Shown here one piece after another: positions 1 through 10,029 of a stretch of 32,000 nucleotides of DNA. A program made the position numbers and the translations under genes. Positions within the stretch are counted from its first letter, which is position 1. The number at the start of each line of letters is the position of its first letter. The notes under the pieces were generated by a model. The model did not search any database. It had not been told where the DNA came from and saw nothing but the letters and a program-made list of their open reading frames with translations. Source of the stretch: Mycobacterium tuberculosis H37Rv (GTDB taxonomy: Bacteria; Actinomycetota; Actinomycetes; Mycobacteriales; Mycobacteriaceae); contig NC_000962.3 of the NCBI RefSeq assembly GCF_000195955.2, positions 4,140,001 to 4,172,000 on the forward strand, given 5' to 3'.

Positions 1-242
1 CGCACGTGCGGTCGTGAGGTGAATTGCTCGATGTTTTCGACGGCGACCTCAGGCGCCAGCGGCGCACCCAACAACGTCGGATGGGTGACAACCCGTAGAT
101 AACCCAGCGCGACGGGCCACAATAGATATACCAGCCCTGGCCCAGCCAGGAATCGCTCAACGAGCGTCTTCGCCTTATCGTGAAACGGGCTGGCTCGGTG
201 CGTCGCATGGACCAGAACATCGACGTCAAAGGTTTCGCTCAC
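1..242 (-). CDS. vapC48: VapC-family PIN-domain ribonuclease toxin (partial, C-terminus beyond window edge)
   Basis: Reverse-strand translation from GTG at 242: VSETFDVDVLVHATHRASPFHDKAKTLVERFLAGPGLVYLLWPVALGYLRVVTHPTLLGAPLAPEVAVENIEQF, PIN-like N-terminal D-x-D-V-L pattern. GTGA overlap with the upstream antitoxin stop (239-241). Confidence 0.85.
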   Translation of the reverse strand, partial: MSETFDVDVLVHATHRASPFHDKAKTLVERFLAGPGLVYLLWPVALGYLRVVTHPTLLGAPLAPEVAVENIEQFTSRPHV

Positions 243-463
243 CCACGGTCCAAAATCGCCCAAACAGCGTCCTTGTCGTCAAGATCCACACGGGGCCGCA
301 AGTCGGCAGTCGACCAGCGGATGTCAACGTTTGGAGGAGGCTCGGCCGCCAGAGCTTGCGCAAGCAATTCGGAGGCGAGCTGCCCTAACGTTTTGCGCTC
401 CTCGCGCTGGCGTCGTTTCAACGCCCGCAGTATGTCGTCATCGAGGTCGATCGTAGTGCGCAT
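239..463 (-). CDS. vapB48: VapB-family antitoxin (ribbon-helix-helix, MRTTIDLDDDILRALKRRQREERKTLGQLASELL)
   Basis: 74-aa ORF with classic VapB N-terminus, directly upstream of and overlapping the PIN-domain toxin. Confidence 0.9.
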   Translation of the reverse strand: MRTTIDLDDDILRALKRRQREERKTLGQLASELLAQALAAEPPPNVDIRWSTADLRPRVDLDDKDAVWAILDRG

Positions 464-464
464 A

Positions 465-495
465 CATCAGATGCTAACTCGATATGCATCTGATG
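465..495. promoter_or_regulatory. Perfect 10-bp inverted repeat catcagatgc-N11-gcatctgatg, candidate VapBC operator
   Basis: Arms 465-474 and 486-495 read directly. Each arm is itself nearly palindromic (CATC-A/T-GATG). Located immediately upstream of vapB. Confidence 0.6.
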
Positions 496-2022
496 CGAAC
501 GATCTCACCCTTCTTGCGCTGCCGGCACGAAACCTGTTGCATCAGCAATGTGGGCGAAGAGGTAACGCGCACCACATATAGCCGCGAACATCAGCGCGAG
601 TACCGGCGCAAGGTGCGGCTGTGCTTGGACGTCTTCGAGACCATGCTTGCGCAGACCAGGTTCGAGGCCGACCGGCCACTCACCGGCATGGAGATCGAAT
701 GCAACCTCGTCGACGCCGACTACCAGCCGGCCATGTCGAACCGCTATGTGCTGGATGCCATCGCCGACCCGGCGTACCAGACCGAATTAGGCGCTTACAA
801 CATCGAATTCAATGTTCCGCCTCGCCCGCTACCGGGACGCACTTGCCTAGAGCTGGAGGACGAAGTCCGCGCCAGCCTCAACGATGCCGAGACCAAGGCC
901 AGCTGCAGCGGAGCTCACATCGTGATGATCGGCATCTTGCCCACACTGATGCCAGAGCATCTGACCGACGGCTGGATGAGCGCATCAGCGCGTTATGCGG
1001 CTCTCAACGAGTCGATTTTCAAGGCCCGCGGCGAGGATATCCCCATCAACATCGCCGGCCCGGAACCGCTGAGCTGCCATGCCGGATCCATCGCACCCGA
1101 ATCCGCTTGCACCAGTGTGCAATTACATTTGCAGCTAGCACCGGCGGATTTTCCGGCTAACTGGAATGCGGCTCAGGTACTGGCCGGACCGCAGTTAGCA
1201 CTAGGTGCCAACTCGCCCTATTTCTTCGGCCACCAGCTGTGGTCGGAAACCCGCATCGAGCTGTTCACACAGTCCACTGATGCCCGTCCCGAGGAGCTGA
1301 AATCGCGAGGGGTGCGCCCCCGGGTATGGTTTGGCGAACGCTGGATCACCTCCGTCCTCGACTTGTTTCAGGAAAACATCCGCTACTTCCCCACCCTGCT
1401 ACCCGAGGTGTCCGACGAGGACCCCCTCGCAGAGCTTTCGGCTGGACGCATCCCACACCTGTCCGAATTGCGGCTGCATAACGGCACGGTGTACCGGTGG
1501 AACCGGCCGGTGTACGACGTGGTCGACGGGCGCCCGCATCTGCGGCTGGAGAACCGGGTGCTACCCGCCGGGCCGACGGTCGTTGACATGCTGGCGAATC
1601 ATGCCTTCTACTACGGCGCACTACGCGGTCTGTCCGAGGCCGACCCCCCATTGTGGACGCAGATGAATTTCGCTGCGGCACAAGCGAATTTCCTGGCAGC
1701 CGCCAGGTACGGCATGGACGCCCAGTTGGATTGGCCGGGCTTGGGCGAGGTGACGACGCGGGAGTTGGTGTTGGGCACGTTGTTGCCAATGGCACACGAG
1801 GGACTGCGGCGGTGGGGTGTCGACGCGGAGGTACGCGACCGGTTCCTGGGTGTCATCGGCGGTCGCGCCCAGACCGGCCGCAACGGCGCGCGCTGGCAGG
1901 TCGCCACCGTGGCGGCCCTACAAGACGGCGGGCTGACCCGGCCCGCGGCACTGGCTGAGATGCTGCGCCGGTACTGCGAGCACATGCACAGCAACGAACC
2001 CGTGCATACCTGGGACACGTAG
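493..2022 (+). CDS. GCS2-superfamily (glutamate-cysteine ligase-like) protein, function unknown
   Basis: Long ORF (484..2022 in the track) with ligase-like motifs GMEIECNLVDADYQP, NIEFNVPPRPL, ENRVLPAGPTVVDMLANHAFYYG. Start uncertain (ATG 484, ATG 493 or GTG 550). Confidence 0.8.
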   Translation: MRTISPFLRCRHETCCISNVGEEVTRTTYSREHQREYRRKVRLCLDVFETMLAQTRFEADRPLTGMEIECNLVDADYQPAMSNRYVLDAIADPAYQTELGAYNIEFNVPPRPLPGRTCLELEDEVRASLNDAETKASCSGAHIVMIGILPTLMPEHLTDGWMSASARYAALNESIFKARGEDIPINIAGPEPLSCHAGSIAPESACTSVQLHLQLAPADFPANWNAAQVLAGPQLALGANSPYFFGHQLWSETRIELFTQSTDARPEELKSRGVRPRVWFGERWITSVLDLFQENIRYFPTLLPEVSDEDPLAELSAGRIPHLSELRLHNGTVYRWNRPVYDVVDGRPHLRLENRVLPAGPTVVDMLANHAFYYGALRGLSEADPPLWTQMNFAAAQANFLAAARYGMDAQLDWPGLGEVTTRELVLGTLLPMAHEGLRRWGVDAEVRDRFLGVIGGRAQTGRNGARWQVATVAALQDGGLTRPAALAEMLRRYCEHMHSNEPVHTWDT

Positions 2023-2043
2023 TCCACGAGTAGGTTGGGAGCC

Positions 2044-2745
2044 ATGACCGACGAGGTAATGGACTGGGACAGCGCCTACCGTGAGCAAGGCGCCTTCGAG
2101 GGGCCGCCGCCGTGGAACATCGGTGAACCCCAGCCTGAGCTGGCAACGCTGATCGCGGCCGGCAAGGTCCGCAGTGACGTGCTAGACGCCGGATGCGGAT
2201 ACGCCGAACTGTCATTGGCCCTTGCCGCCGACGGCTACACCGTGGTCGGCATCGACCTCACGCCCACCGCCGTCGCGGCTGCCACCAAGGCCGCTGAGGA
2301 GCGCGGTTTGACCACGGCCAGCTTCGTGCAGGCCGACATCACGGAGTTCGCGGCTTATCCAGCCGGCTCCGCCGGCCGCTTTTCCACGGTGATCGACAGC
2401 ACCCTGTTTCATTCGCTGCCGGTGGACAGCCGCGACCGCTATCTGAGCTCGGTGCACCGCGCGGCGGCCCCGGGCGCCAGCTATTACGTGCTGGTCTTCG
2501 CCAAGGGCGCCTTCCCCGCCGAGCTGGAAGTCAAGCCAAACGAAGTCGACGAGGACGAGTTGCGTGCCGCGGTGAGCAAATACTGGAAGATCGACGAAAT
2601 CCGGCCCGCCTTCATTCATGTCAATCCGGTCACGATTCCGCCCCAGCTGGCCGGAGCGCCAGTCGAATTCCCGCCATACGATCACGACGAGAAGGGTCGG
2701 GTGAAGTTCCCCGCCTATCTACTCACCGCCCACAAGGCCGGCTGA
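2044..2745 (+). CDS. Class I SAM-dependent methyltransferase (thiopurine S-methyltransferase/UbiE-like)
   Basis: 233 aa with VLDAGCGYAELSLALAADGYTVVGIDLTPTAV SAM-binding motif I and TVIDSTLFHSLP. Confidence 0.85.
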   Translation: MTDEVMDWDSAYREQGAFEGPPPWNIGEPQPELATLIAAGKVRSDVLDAGCGYAELSLALAADGYTVVGIDLTPTAVAAATKAAEERGLTTASFVQADITEFAAYPAGSAGRFSTVIDSTLFHSLPVDSRDRYLSSVHRAAAPGASYYVLVFAKGAFPAELEVKPNEVDEDELRAAVSKYWKIDEIRPAFIHVNPVTIPPQLAGAPVEFPPYDHDEKGRVKFPAYLLTAHKAG

Positions 2746-2747
2746 GG

Positions 2748-3920
2748 CTAACGTTCGCCGCTGGTCGCCGCGGTCGCCGCGACCAACGCCTCGGCGAAGG
2801 CGTCCAGGTCATCGGCGGTGTTGTCCACGTGCGGCGAGATCCGCAGCACCGGCGCCGGCAGTTCCAGCGGTGCCCGCTCCACTCCGGCGTAGGTGGTCAC
2901 GATCCGCCGCTGCGAGAGCAACCAGGCCCGCACCGCTGCCGGGTCGGCGCCGTCGATCGGCGCCAGGGTGGTGATCGCGCTAGGCTCGTCGACCGCTTCG
3001 ACCACCCGCCAACCGGACACATCGGCGAGTACGGTCCTGGCGATGTCGCCCAGCTCAGCCAAGCGTGCCCGAATAGCCTGCGGCCCGCACGCCAGATGCT
3101 CACCGAGTGCGACCGAAAACCCCACTCGCGCAGCTACATTGGCTTCGCCAAATCCGAGTTGTTGGGCCACTGTCAGCGGCGGCATCCAGTCTGGCGCGGG
3201 CAGCCTCGCACGTAACCGCTCCATCAGCTCAGGACGAACCGCCAGCACCCCAACTCCGCGGGGCCCGGCGATCCACTTGCGCGACGAGGCATACGTGACG
3301 TCGGCACCCACCGCACAATCCACGTGGCCCAGGCCCTGCGCGGCATCCACGACCAGCGGCAGTTTCAGCTCGGTGCACAGTTGCGCCACCATCGCCAGCG
3401 GCTGTGCGACGCCACGGTGGCTGGCCACCACGGTCAGGTGCACTAGGTCGGGCGGGTCGTCGGCCAACATGAAGGCCGCGTCGTCGAGCGCTACCCTGCC
3501 GTCCTGCAGAGTTGGTAACGGACGCACGTCGAAGCCATGGGCGGCCATCACAGCCAGGTTCGGCCCGTATTCGCCGGGCAAGCAAGCCAGCGTCCGGTTC
3601 TCCCCAGGCCAGCTGCCCAGCAGCAGATCCAACGCGTGCAGCGAGCCGGTGGTGAACACCACCTCGGCGTCGGGCAGGCCGCTCAGTGCGGCGACCGCCG
3701 CACGTCCGGCGTCGAGCACGGCGGCGGCGGCCTCAGCCGCGACATAACCGCCAACCTCGGCCTCGTGCCGCGCGTGCTGGGCTGCGGCGTCGAGTGCGGC
3801 GAAACTCTGGCGCGAACAGGCCGCGCTGTCCAGGTGTAGCCCCGCGACGGGCGGGCGCGCTGCCCGCCATCGGTCGGCCAGCGAATCGCCGGCGGGGCTG
3901 TTTGCGCCGCTTCTCCTCAT
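2748..3920 (-). CDS. egtE: Ergothioneine biosynthesis PLP-dependent C-S lyase EgtE
   Basis: Class V aminotransferase-like protein ([39 protein letters not shown]) downstream of egtD in the egt gene order. Confidence 0.88.
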
Positions 3921-3950
3921 CGCTTCGTCCTGCATCGTCGCCGGCGCGGC

Positions 3951-4916
3951 TCACTTGGCGGCCAGCGACAGGCCAAAGTCACCGGCTTCATCGGTCCACC
4001 ATCGGATGCGATGCAGTCCGGCCGCGGCCAACTCGGCACCGACCGCTTGCGGCCGGAACTTGCACGAGACCTCGGTCAACATCTCCTCCCCGGCGTCGAA
4101 GTCGACGGTCAGGTCCAGTGCACCGACCCGTACCCGCTGGCGACCGTCGGCACGCAACCACATCTCAATCCGCTCTTCTGCGCTGTTCCAACGGGCGACG
4201 TGCTGGAAGGCATCGACGTCGAAATCCGCTTCGAGTTCCCGGTTGATCACGGCAAGCACGTTGCGATTGAACTGAGCCGTCACCCCGCCAGGATCGTCGT
4301 AGGCGCGCACCAGCCGGGCCGCGTCCTTGACCAGGTCGGTGCCCAGCAGCAGGCTATCGCCCGGCCGCATTACCCCGGCCAGGGCCGTCAGGAACTGCGC
4401 GCGCGGCCCGGGCGTGAGGTTGCCGATCGTGGACCCCAAGAACACAAACAGGCGCCGTCCTCCCCTGGGAATCTCGGTTAAATGCTCCTCGAAATCCCCA
4501 CAAACAGCGTTGATTTCGACACCACTGTATTCACGCTGAATTGCGGTCGCAGTTGCCGACAGCACGCTGGCGTCGACGTCGAACGGGACGAATCTGCGCA
4601 GCGATCCCCGGTGGCGCAACGCATCCAGCAGCATCCGGGTCTTCTCCGAGGTGCCGCTACCCAACTCGACCAAAGTATCGGCCCGGCAGGCGGAAGCCAC
4701 TTCGGCCGATCTGGCCCGTAGGATTTCGGCCTCGGCTCGGGTCGGGTAGTACTCCGGCAACCGGGTGATCTGATCGAACAGTTCACTACCCACCGTGTCG
4801 TAAAACCACTTGGGCGGTAACGATTTCGGTGTCTTCTGCAGGCCAGAGTACACATCGCGGCGCAACGCCAGATGCCCCGCATCCTCGCCCAGATGGTTGG
4901 CAACCGACACTCTCAT
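3951..4916 (-). CDS. egtD: L-histidine N-alpha-methyltransferase EgtD
   Basis: 321 aa [14 protein letters not shown]...[32 protein letters not shown]...[19 protein letters not shown]; ATGA overlap with egtC stop. Confidence 0.95.
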
Positions 4917-5614
4917 CGAGGTCCTTTCGCGCGGTCCAATGCGGTCAGCGTGACACCCTTTTGGGTTACCTCCACCAGGTGGCGGTCCGGCACGTCGCCC
5001 CAACCGGAGTCGTCGTCGTATGGTTCGCTGGCCAGCACCACCCCGTCGGCGCGCCGCAGGATGGACAGCGTGTCTCCCCAGGTGGTCGCGATGAGCCGGG
5101 AACCGTTGGCCGCCAAGATGTTTAGTCGGGCATTTGGGTCGGCCGCGCCGACCTTGACAATGGTGTCTCCCAGAGCGTCCAGACCGTGAGCGAAGATGGT
5201 GGCCGCGAGTATCGCGCTGTCACAGACCGATTCGGCCGCCGGGCCCGCCGGCAACACGGCACGATCAACCACACCGTTGTGCGCTAGCAACCAGTGCCCA
5301 TCGGTGAACGGCGGGGTCGCGCTGACTTCGATCGGCATACCGACAGTCGCCGAGCGCACCGCGGCGAGGATGCAGTGACTACGCAGCGCCGGCGCCACCG
5401 AGTGAAACGACGTGTCCCCCCACAGCGGAGCCGGGCTGCGCCAACGCCGGGGAATGGCACCGTCGAAGAAGCCGACACCCCAACCGTCGGCGTTCATCAG
5501 CCCGTGCTTTTGCCGACGCGGCGCATATGACTGCACCCGCAGACCCTGCGGCGGGTCCAGCACCAACGAAGAAACCGCGACCTGTGCCCCGAGCCACCCC
5601 AGGTGACGACACAT
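4913..5614 (-). CDS. egtC: Gamma-glutamyl-hercynylcysteine sulfoxide hydrolase EgtC (class II glutamine amidotransferase fold)
   Basis: Starts [11 protein letters not shown] with N-terminal Cys nucleophile; [21 protein letters not shown]; HNGVVD. ATGA overlap with egtB stop. Confidence 0.94.
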
Positions 5615-6891
5615 CAGATGTCCCACGCCAACCGGACACCGGCAAAGATCTGGCGGCGATACGGGTGATCCCAGTTGCGGAAGCTGGGCCGCAGGATGGC
5701 CGGCTCCACCGCCCACGAGCCGCCGCGTAGCACGCGATAGTCGCCGCCGAAGAACGGCTGTGAGTACCGCTCATAGACCATCGGGACGAACCCCGGCCAG
5801 GGCCGCAACGGCGAGGTGGTCCACTCCCAGACATCGCCCAGCATCTGCTCGGCCCCGCACGCCGATGCCCCGGCCGGGTAGGCACCCACCGGCGCGGGGC
5901 GCAGCGTTTGACCGCCCAGGTTGGCATAGGTGTCTGTGGGCTCCTCGGTTCCCCACGGGTAGCGGCGGCGGGAACCAGTCGCCGGATCCCACGCGCAAGC
6001 CTTCTCCCACTCCACCTCGGTGGGCAACCGCGCGCCTGCCCAGGCGGCGTACGCCTCGGCCTCAAAGTAGCTGACATGCTGCACCGGCTCATCGGCGGGA
6101 ATGTCCTCGACGTGCCCGAACCGGGTCCGCGTCCGCCCGCCCGACCTCCAGAATTGCGGAGCGGTCAGCCCCGCGCGCTGGCGGTGCTGCCAGCCACGTT
6201 CCGACCACCACCGCGACTGGGTGTAACCGCCGTCGTCGATGAAGTCTTGCCATTCACCGTTGGTGACCGGAACCCGGCCGATCCGGAATGCGGGCACGTC
6301 GACGACGTGAGCCGGACGTTCGTTGTCCAATGAGCACGGTTCGTCCGCGGCGTCCACGCCCAGCACGAACGGGCCGCCGGCTACCAGCACCGACGTTCCG
6401 GCCATCCTCGGCCGTCCGGCGGGCAGGGCGGAAGTCGCGGCCAACAGTGGCGAGCCGGTCCGTAGGTTCAAGGCCTGCAGCATGGTTTCGTCGTGCTGGT
6501 TTTCGTGGCTGATCACCATCGCGAACACGAAGCTGTCGCCGTCTTCAGGTAGAGCGGCAAGGGCATCCAGCGCAGCGGAGCGCACCGTTGCGCAGTAGGA
6601 CCGCGCCCGCGCCGGGGACAGCAACGGCAGTTCCACGCGACTGGCGCGGGAATGCTCGAAGGCGTCGTAGAGACCCTCGACCGCCGGCGGCAAAAGCCCG
6701 GGCTGGCCTGGGTCGCCGCCGCGTAGCAGCCACAACTCCTCCTGCTGACCGATGTGTGCCAGGTCCCACACCAGCGGGCTCATCAACGGGTCATACTGGC
6801 AGCAAAGCTCGGCATCGTCGAAGTCGACCAGCCGCAACGTCCGCGCCCGCGCCCGCGCCAGATGACAAGCCAGCTGCTCGGGTGAAGTCAC
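5614..6891 (-). CDS. egtB: Hercynine oxygenase EgtB (DinB-like plus formylglycine-generating-enzyme-like domains)
   Basis: 425 aa; [30 protein letters not shown] (metal-binding HxxxH), FGE-like C-terminus [40 protein letters not shown]. Confidence 0.94.
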   Translation of the reverse strand: MTSPEQLACHLARARARTLRLVDFDDAELCCQYDPLMSPLVWDLAHIGQQEELWLLRGGDPGQPGLLPPAVEGLYDAFEHSRASRVELPLLSPARARSYCATVRSAALDALAALPEDGDSFVFAMVISHENQHDETMLQALNLRTGSPLLAATSALPAGRPRMAGTSVLVAGGPFVLGVDAADEPCSLDNERPAHVVDVPAFRIGRVPVTNGEWQDFIDDGGYTQSRWWSERGWQHRQRAGLTAPQFWRSGGRTRTRFGHVEDIPADEPVQHVSYFEAEAYAAWAGARLPTEVEWEKACAWDPATGSRRRYPWGTEEPTDTYANLGGQTLRPAPVGAYPAGASACGAEQMLGDVWEWTTSPLRPWPGFVPMVYERYSQPFFGGDYRVLRGGSWAVEPAILRPSFRNWDHPYRRQIFAGVRLAWDI

Positions 6892-8186
6892 GACGCCCCG
6901 TGCATCATCCCGGTGACGGCTGACGCGATGCCGCCCGCGATCACCCGGTCGGAGAAATCGTCTGCCGGGCAAACACCCCTGTCGACGTGGTCCACCAACC
7001 GCTGCATCGCGCCGATGAGTTCAGTCGGTACCCGCCGCGCGGCGATGGCCAGGCATCTGTTGGCTGCCAGGTAGAGCCGCCGGTCGGCCAGGCCGATCCG
7101 GGCCGCGGTGTCCCAGGCCGTGGCCACCGGTTCGACCGCGTCGACCGCCAAATCTGCCGCCACCGGGTCGTCGAGCAGCGTCACCAAGGTGAACACCACC
7201 GCGGGCCACACCTCGTCGGGCACGCTGTCGAGGTAGCGAATTTCCAGCCATTGCCGAGGACGCACCGGCGGGAACAACGTTGTCAGGTGGTAAACCAGGT
7301 CGGCGACGGTAGCGCGGCGACCGTCCAGCAGCACCCGACCGTCAACCCAGTCGGTGAAGGGCACGTAGTCCGTCACCGCACGGGTGTCTTGAGTGTCCGG
7401 GCTTCGCACCATCATCACCGGCGCCTTCAAGGCATACTTAGCCCAGTCGATGCCGGGGTGGTCGCCACTGGCACCAAGAATGGGGCCGCAGCGCGCGGAG
7501 TCCATCTGGCCCCACACCCGCTGCCGGGTGGACTGCCAGCCGGAAAACCGGCCGCCCAGCATCGGGGAGTTGGCGGCAATCGCGATCATCGTCGGCCCCA
7601 AGGCGTGCGCCAGGCGGACTCGCTCAGCCCATCCTTCCTGCGGTCCGGCATCCAGATTGACCTGGATCGCGGCTGTCGAGGTCATCATCGCCGCACCCGG
7701 CACTCCGCTATGGCTGGCGGCGAAAAACTGCTCCATGGCCCGATAGCGTGCGCCCGGATTGACCCGCACCGGCGACCGCAGCGGGTCTGCACCCAGGAAG
7801 ACCAAACCCAGCCCGGCATTGGCAAGCGCCGACCGTAGCACCGCCTGATCGCGCGTCATGGCACCGATGGCTGCCAGCACGCCGTCGGCGGGCGGTCCGG
7901 ACAGTTCGACGGCACCACCGGGCTCCACGCTGACCACGCTGCCGCCCGGCAGCGGACTGAGCCATTCGAGAACCTCGGTGATCTCTTCCCAGCTGGGCCG
8001 GCGAAACGGATCGGCCGGGTCGAAGCAGTGCGCCTCCATCTCCAGACCGACGCGTCCCAACGGACCATCGACGAGGCAGCCGTCCGCGATGTATTCCGCG
8101 GCGGCCGATGAATCGGTGATCTCGACGTCGTCCGGGGCAGCGTTATCCAGCTGCGAGGCCGCGGCGGTCATGGCGGCAAGCGTCAT
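6888..8186 (-). CDS. egtA: Glutamate-cysteine ligase EgtA
   Basis: 432 aa; [60 protein letters not shown]; first gene of the egt cluster; GGAGGG Shine-Dalgarno-like sequence upstream of the ATG. Confidence 0.94.
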   Translation of the reverse strand: MTLAAMTAAASQLDNAAPDDVEITDSSAAAEYIADGCLVDGPLGRVGLEMEAHCFDPADPFRRPSWEEITEVLEWLSPLPGGSVVSVEPGGAVELSGPPADGVLAAIGAMTRDQAVLRSALANAGLGLVFLGADPLRSPVRVNPGARYRAMEQFFAASHSGVPGAAMMTSTAAIQVNLDAGPQEGWAERVRLAHALGPTMIAIAANSPMLGGRFSGWQSTRQRVWGQMDSARCGPILGASGDHPGIDWAKYALKAPVMMVRSPDTQDTRAVTDYVPFTDWVDGRVLLDGRRATVADLVYHLTTLFPPVRPRQWLEIRYLDSVPDEVWPAVVFTLVTLLDDPVAADLAVDAVEPVATAWDTAARIGLADRRLYLAANRCLAIAARRVPTELIGAMQRLVDHVDRGVCPADDFSDRVIAGGIASAVTGMMHGAS

Positions 8187-8317
8187 ATCACGATCCCTCC
8201 GGGCCCGGCGCATGCCTAAAACATGCCCTGCGGACCGTTGGTTGCGCAGCTACCAGAACGATAGCCGCCACCGGTTTATCCTGCCGACCGCCCCGCCGCG
8301 CGAATGAACTGGCCAAC

Positions 8318-8962
8318 TCAGCCCAGTGTGTTCTGCATTGCCCCGGCCAGCACGTTGACCGCGGGACCGGCGTTGCCGGACTGACAGACCTTGGCCTGCA
8401 GCAATACGTTTTCGCGCAGCCTGGTTTGAACAAAGCATCGTCGATCGGTGCCGGCCTCTTGTTTGGTCCAGGCCTCGTCGGTGCCGGTCGACGGCCCACC
8501 GGCGAACGACCACACCTGCGTCGTCCCGTCGTCCAGGTGGATCGCGGTGGTCTGCCCCGAGCAGCCCACGGTTCGGTCGACAACGCGGTGAAACGCCCGG
8601 TCTGCGGCATCGTTGCTGGCGAATACCCCAACCGCCTGCTTGACCAGGTGGGTTTGGTCGGTGGCGGACGTCTGCGTGGTAGCGCCGTTGAACGACGCCA
8701 GGTCGGGATCGTCGTACACCTCGGGCAGCCCGATGTCCACCCAGTTGTTGCACGCCGGTAGTTCGACCCAAAACGCCTGGAACGGCCTGGTGAACACCGC
8801 CTCCCACCCCATTGGGGCGCCGACGATGTTGCCGACCGACCCCTTTCCGAGCACCGCGTAGGACACAACCCCGGGCTCCGACGGGTGTGCGTCGGCAACA
8901 GGTACCGCGAACCCTGCTATGACGGCTAGACCGATGCTCACCACCGCGGCGGCGATTCGCAT
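8318..8962 (-). CDS. Secreted protein with PknH-like extracellular sensor domain
   Basis: 214 aa with N-terminal signal peptide MRIAAAVVSIGLAVIAGFAVPVADA and paired cysteines (AFWVELPACNNWV..., RTVGCSGQTTAI, DRRCFVQTRL, AKVCQSGNAG) typical of PknH_C sensor-like proteins. Confidence 0.8.
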   Translation of the reverse strand: MRIAAAVVSIGLAVIAGFAVPVADAHPSEPGVVSYAVLGKGSVGNIVGAPMGWEAVFTRPFQAFWVELPACNNWVDIGLPEVYDDPDLASFNGATTQTSATDQTHLVKQAVGVFASNDAADRAFHRVVDRTVGCSGQTTAIHLDDGTTQVWSFAGGPSTGTDEAWTKQEAGTDRRCFVQTRLRENVLLQAKVCQSGNAGPAVNVLAGAMQNTLG

Positions 8963-9090
8963 GGAGCTAGACCTTGGCCGAGATGTCGACGTCGATGTTG
9001 CCCATGGGTCACGATCATGCCAACATGGCCGACCAAACAGAAGGCCCTTTTCTTGAACGAGTCAAGAAAAGGGGCTGGTGCGCCCGGCCG

Positions 9091-9480
9091 CTAGGGGCGC
9101 GCCGGCGCGGTGGTGGGACCCGGACCAGTCGGACCAACAGCCGGGCCACCCGGGCCTCCAGGGAAACCGGGGCCCATGCCTGGGGGAGGGGGTCCGCCGG
9201 GGAACCCGAACACCCATCCCATCCCTGGACCGGGGGCAACGGGACCGACGGGGCGGAACATGCCGTGGTGGTAATAGCGGTGGTAAGGGCATTTCCCCTG
9301 CCCGAGAACCAACGCGCCAGAGAAGAAGATGACTGCGACGGTGAAAACAATTCCGGCCACGATCACCACCCACGCTGCGGCCCGGTAGAGCCTGGGCGGC
9401 TTTTCCTGCTGCGGCGATGGCGGCGGTGAAGTTGTGGCGGCGGACGGCGGTGGCGCTGCGGGTTGGGGTGTCTCGGTCAT
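9091..9480 (-). CDS. Small Pro/Gly-rich single-TM membrane protein, paralogue of 9591..9911
   Basis: 129 aa from ATG at 9480: MTETPQPAAPPPS...RLYRAAAWVVIVAGIVFTVAVIFFSGALVLGQGKCPYHRYYHHG. Confidence 0.8.
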   Translation of the reverse strand: MTETPQPAAPPPSAATTSPPPSPQQEKPPRLYRAAAWVVIVAGIVFTVAVIFFSGALVLGQGKCPYHRYYHHGMFRPVGPVAPGPGMGWVFGFPGGPPPPGMGPGFPGGPGGPAVGPTGPGPTTAPARP

Positions 9481-9590
9481 CTTTTGAATATCGCTCGGCC
9501 GGCAACCACCGTAAAGGGTTGCGGTTACAAACGTGCCATGAACTGGTGCAGCCCGGTGCCTTGGGTGGACACCGGGCTGCTGGTTGTCGG

Positions 9591-9911
9591 TTACGGAGCG
9601 GGTGTCGCGGGAGGACTGACGGACGACGGCACCTGGCCGGGCCCGCCCGGGCCTGGGCCGGGACGCACTGCCGCGGGCCCACCGTGCGGACTGCCCGGTC
9701 GCAGCATCATCGCCGGGTGCTGGTGGTGTTGCCGGTGGTGGAAGCCGCCGTGACCGGCATGCTTGCCGAGGATATAGCCGGTGAAGAAGATGACCGCCAC
9801 GATGAACACGGTTCCGGCGGCAATGGCTACCCACGCCGCGGCTTTGAACACCTTGGGGGTCTGGTGAGGCGGTGGTGTTGGGGTTTCAGATGTTTCACTC
9901 ATGTGTCGCAT
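9591..9911 (-). CDS. Small His/Gly/Pro-rich single-TM membrane protein, paralogue of 9091..9480
   Basis: 106 aa MRHMSETSETPTPPPHQTPKVFKAAAWVAIAAGTVFIVAVIFFTGYILGKHAGHGGFHHRQHHQH. Confidence 0.82.
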   Translation of the reverse strand: MRHMSETSETPTPPPHQTPKVFKAAAWVAIAAGTVFIVAVIFFTGYILGKHAGHGGFHHRQHHQHPAMMLRPGSPHGGPAAVRPGPGPGGPGQVPSSVSPPATPAP

Positions 9912-10029
9912 GATGCCTTGGCAAACAGTAACGCGACTATGCGTCCCTTATGTAGCAGCTGTGAGCGCGCGGGCTGGGTATCGGCCCGGGACACCACCAT
10001 GGCTGCGTCTCGGTGTCAGAGCACCAGAG

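Noticed and set aside
2893-3747. 284-aa plus-strand ORF opposite egtE
   Set aside because: Typical GC-driven antisense ORF over egtE with atypical composition.
5379-6092. 237-aa minus-strand ORF overlapping egtB and egtC in another frame
   Set aside because: Arg/Pro/Ser-rich alternate frame; egtB and egtC are clear across this region.
9091-9834. 247-aa form of the Pro/Gly-rich membrane protein
   Set aside because: The N-terminal extension is Arg-rich antisense-like sequence running through the neighbouring paralogue; the start at 9480 gives a coherent protein.
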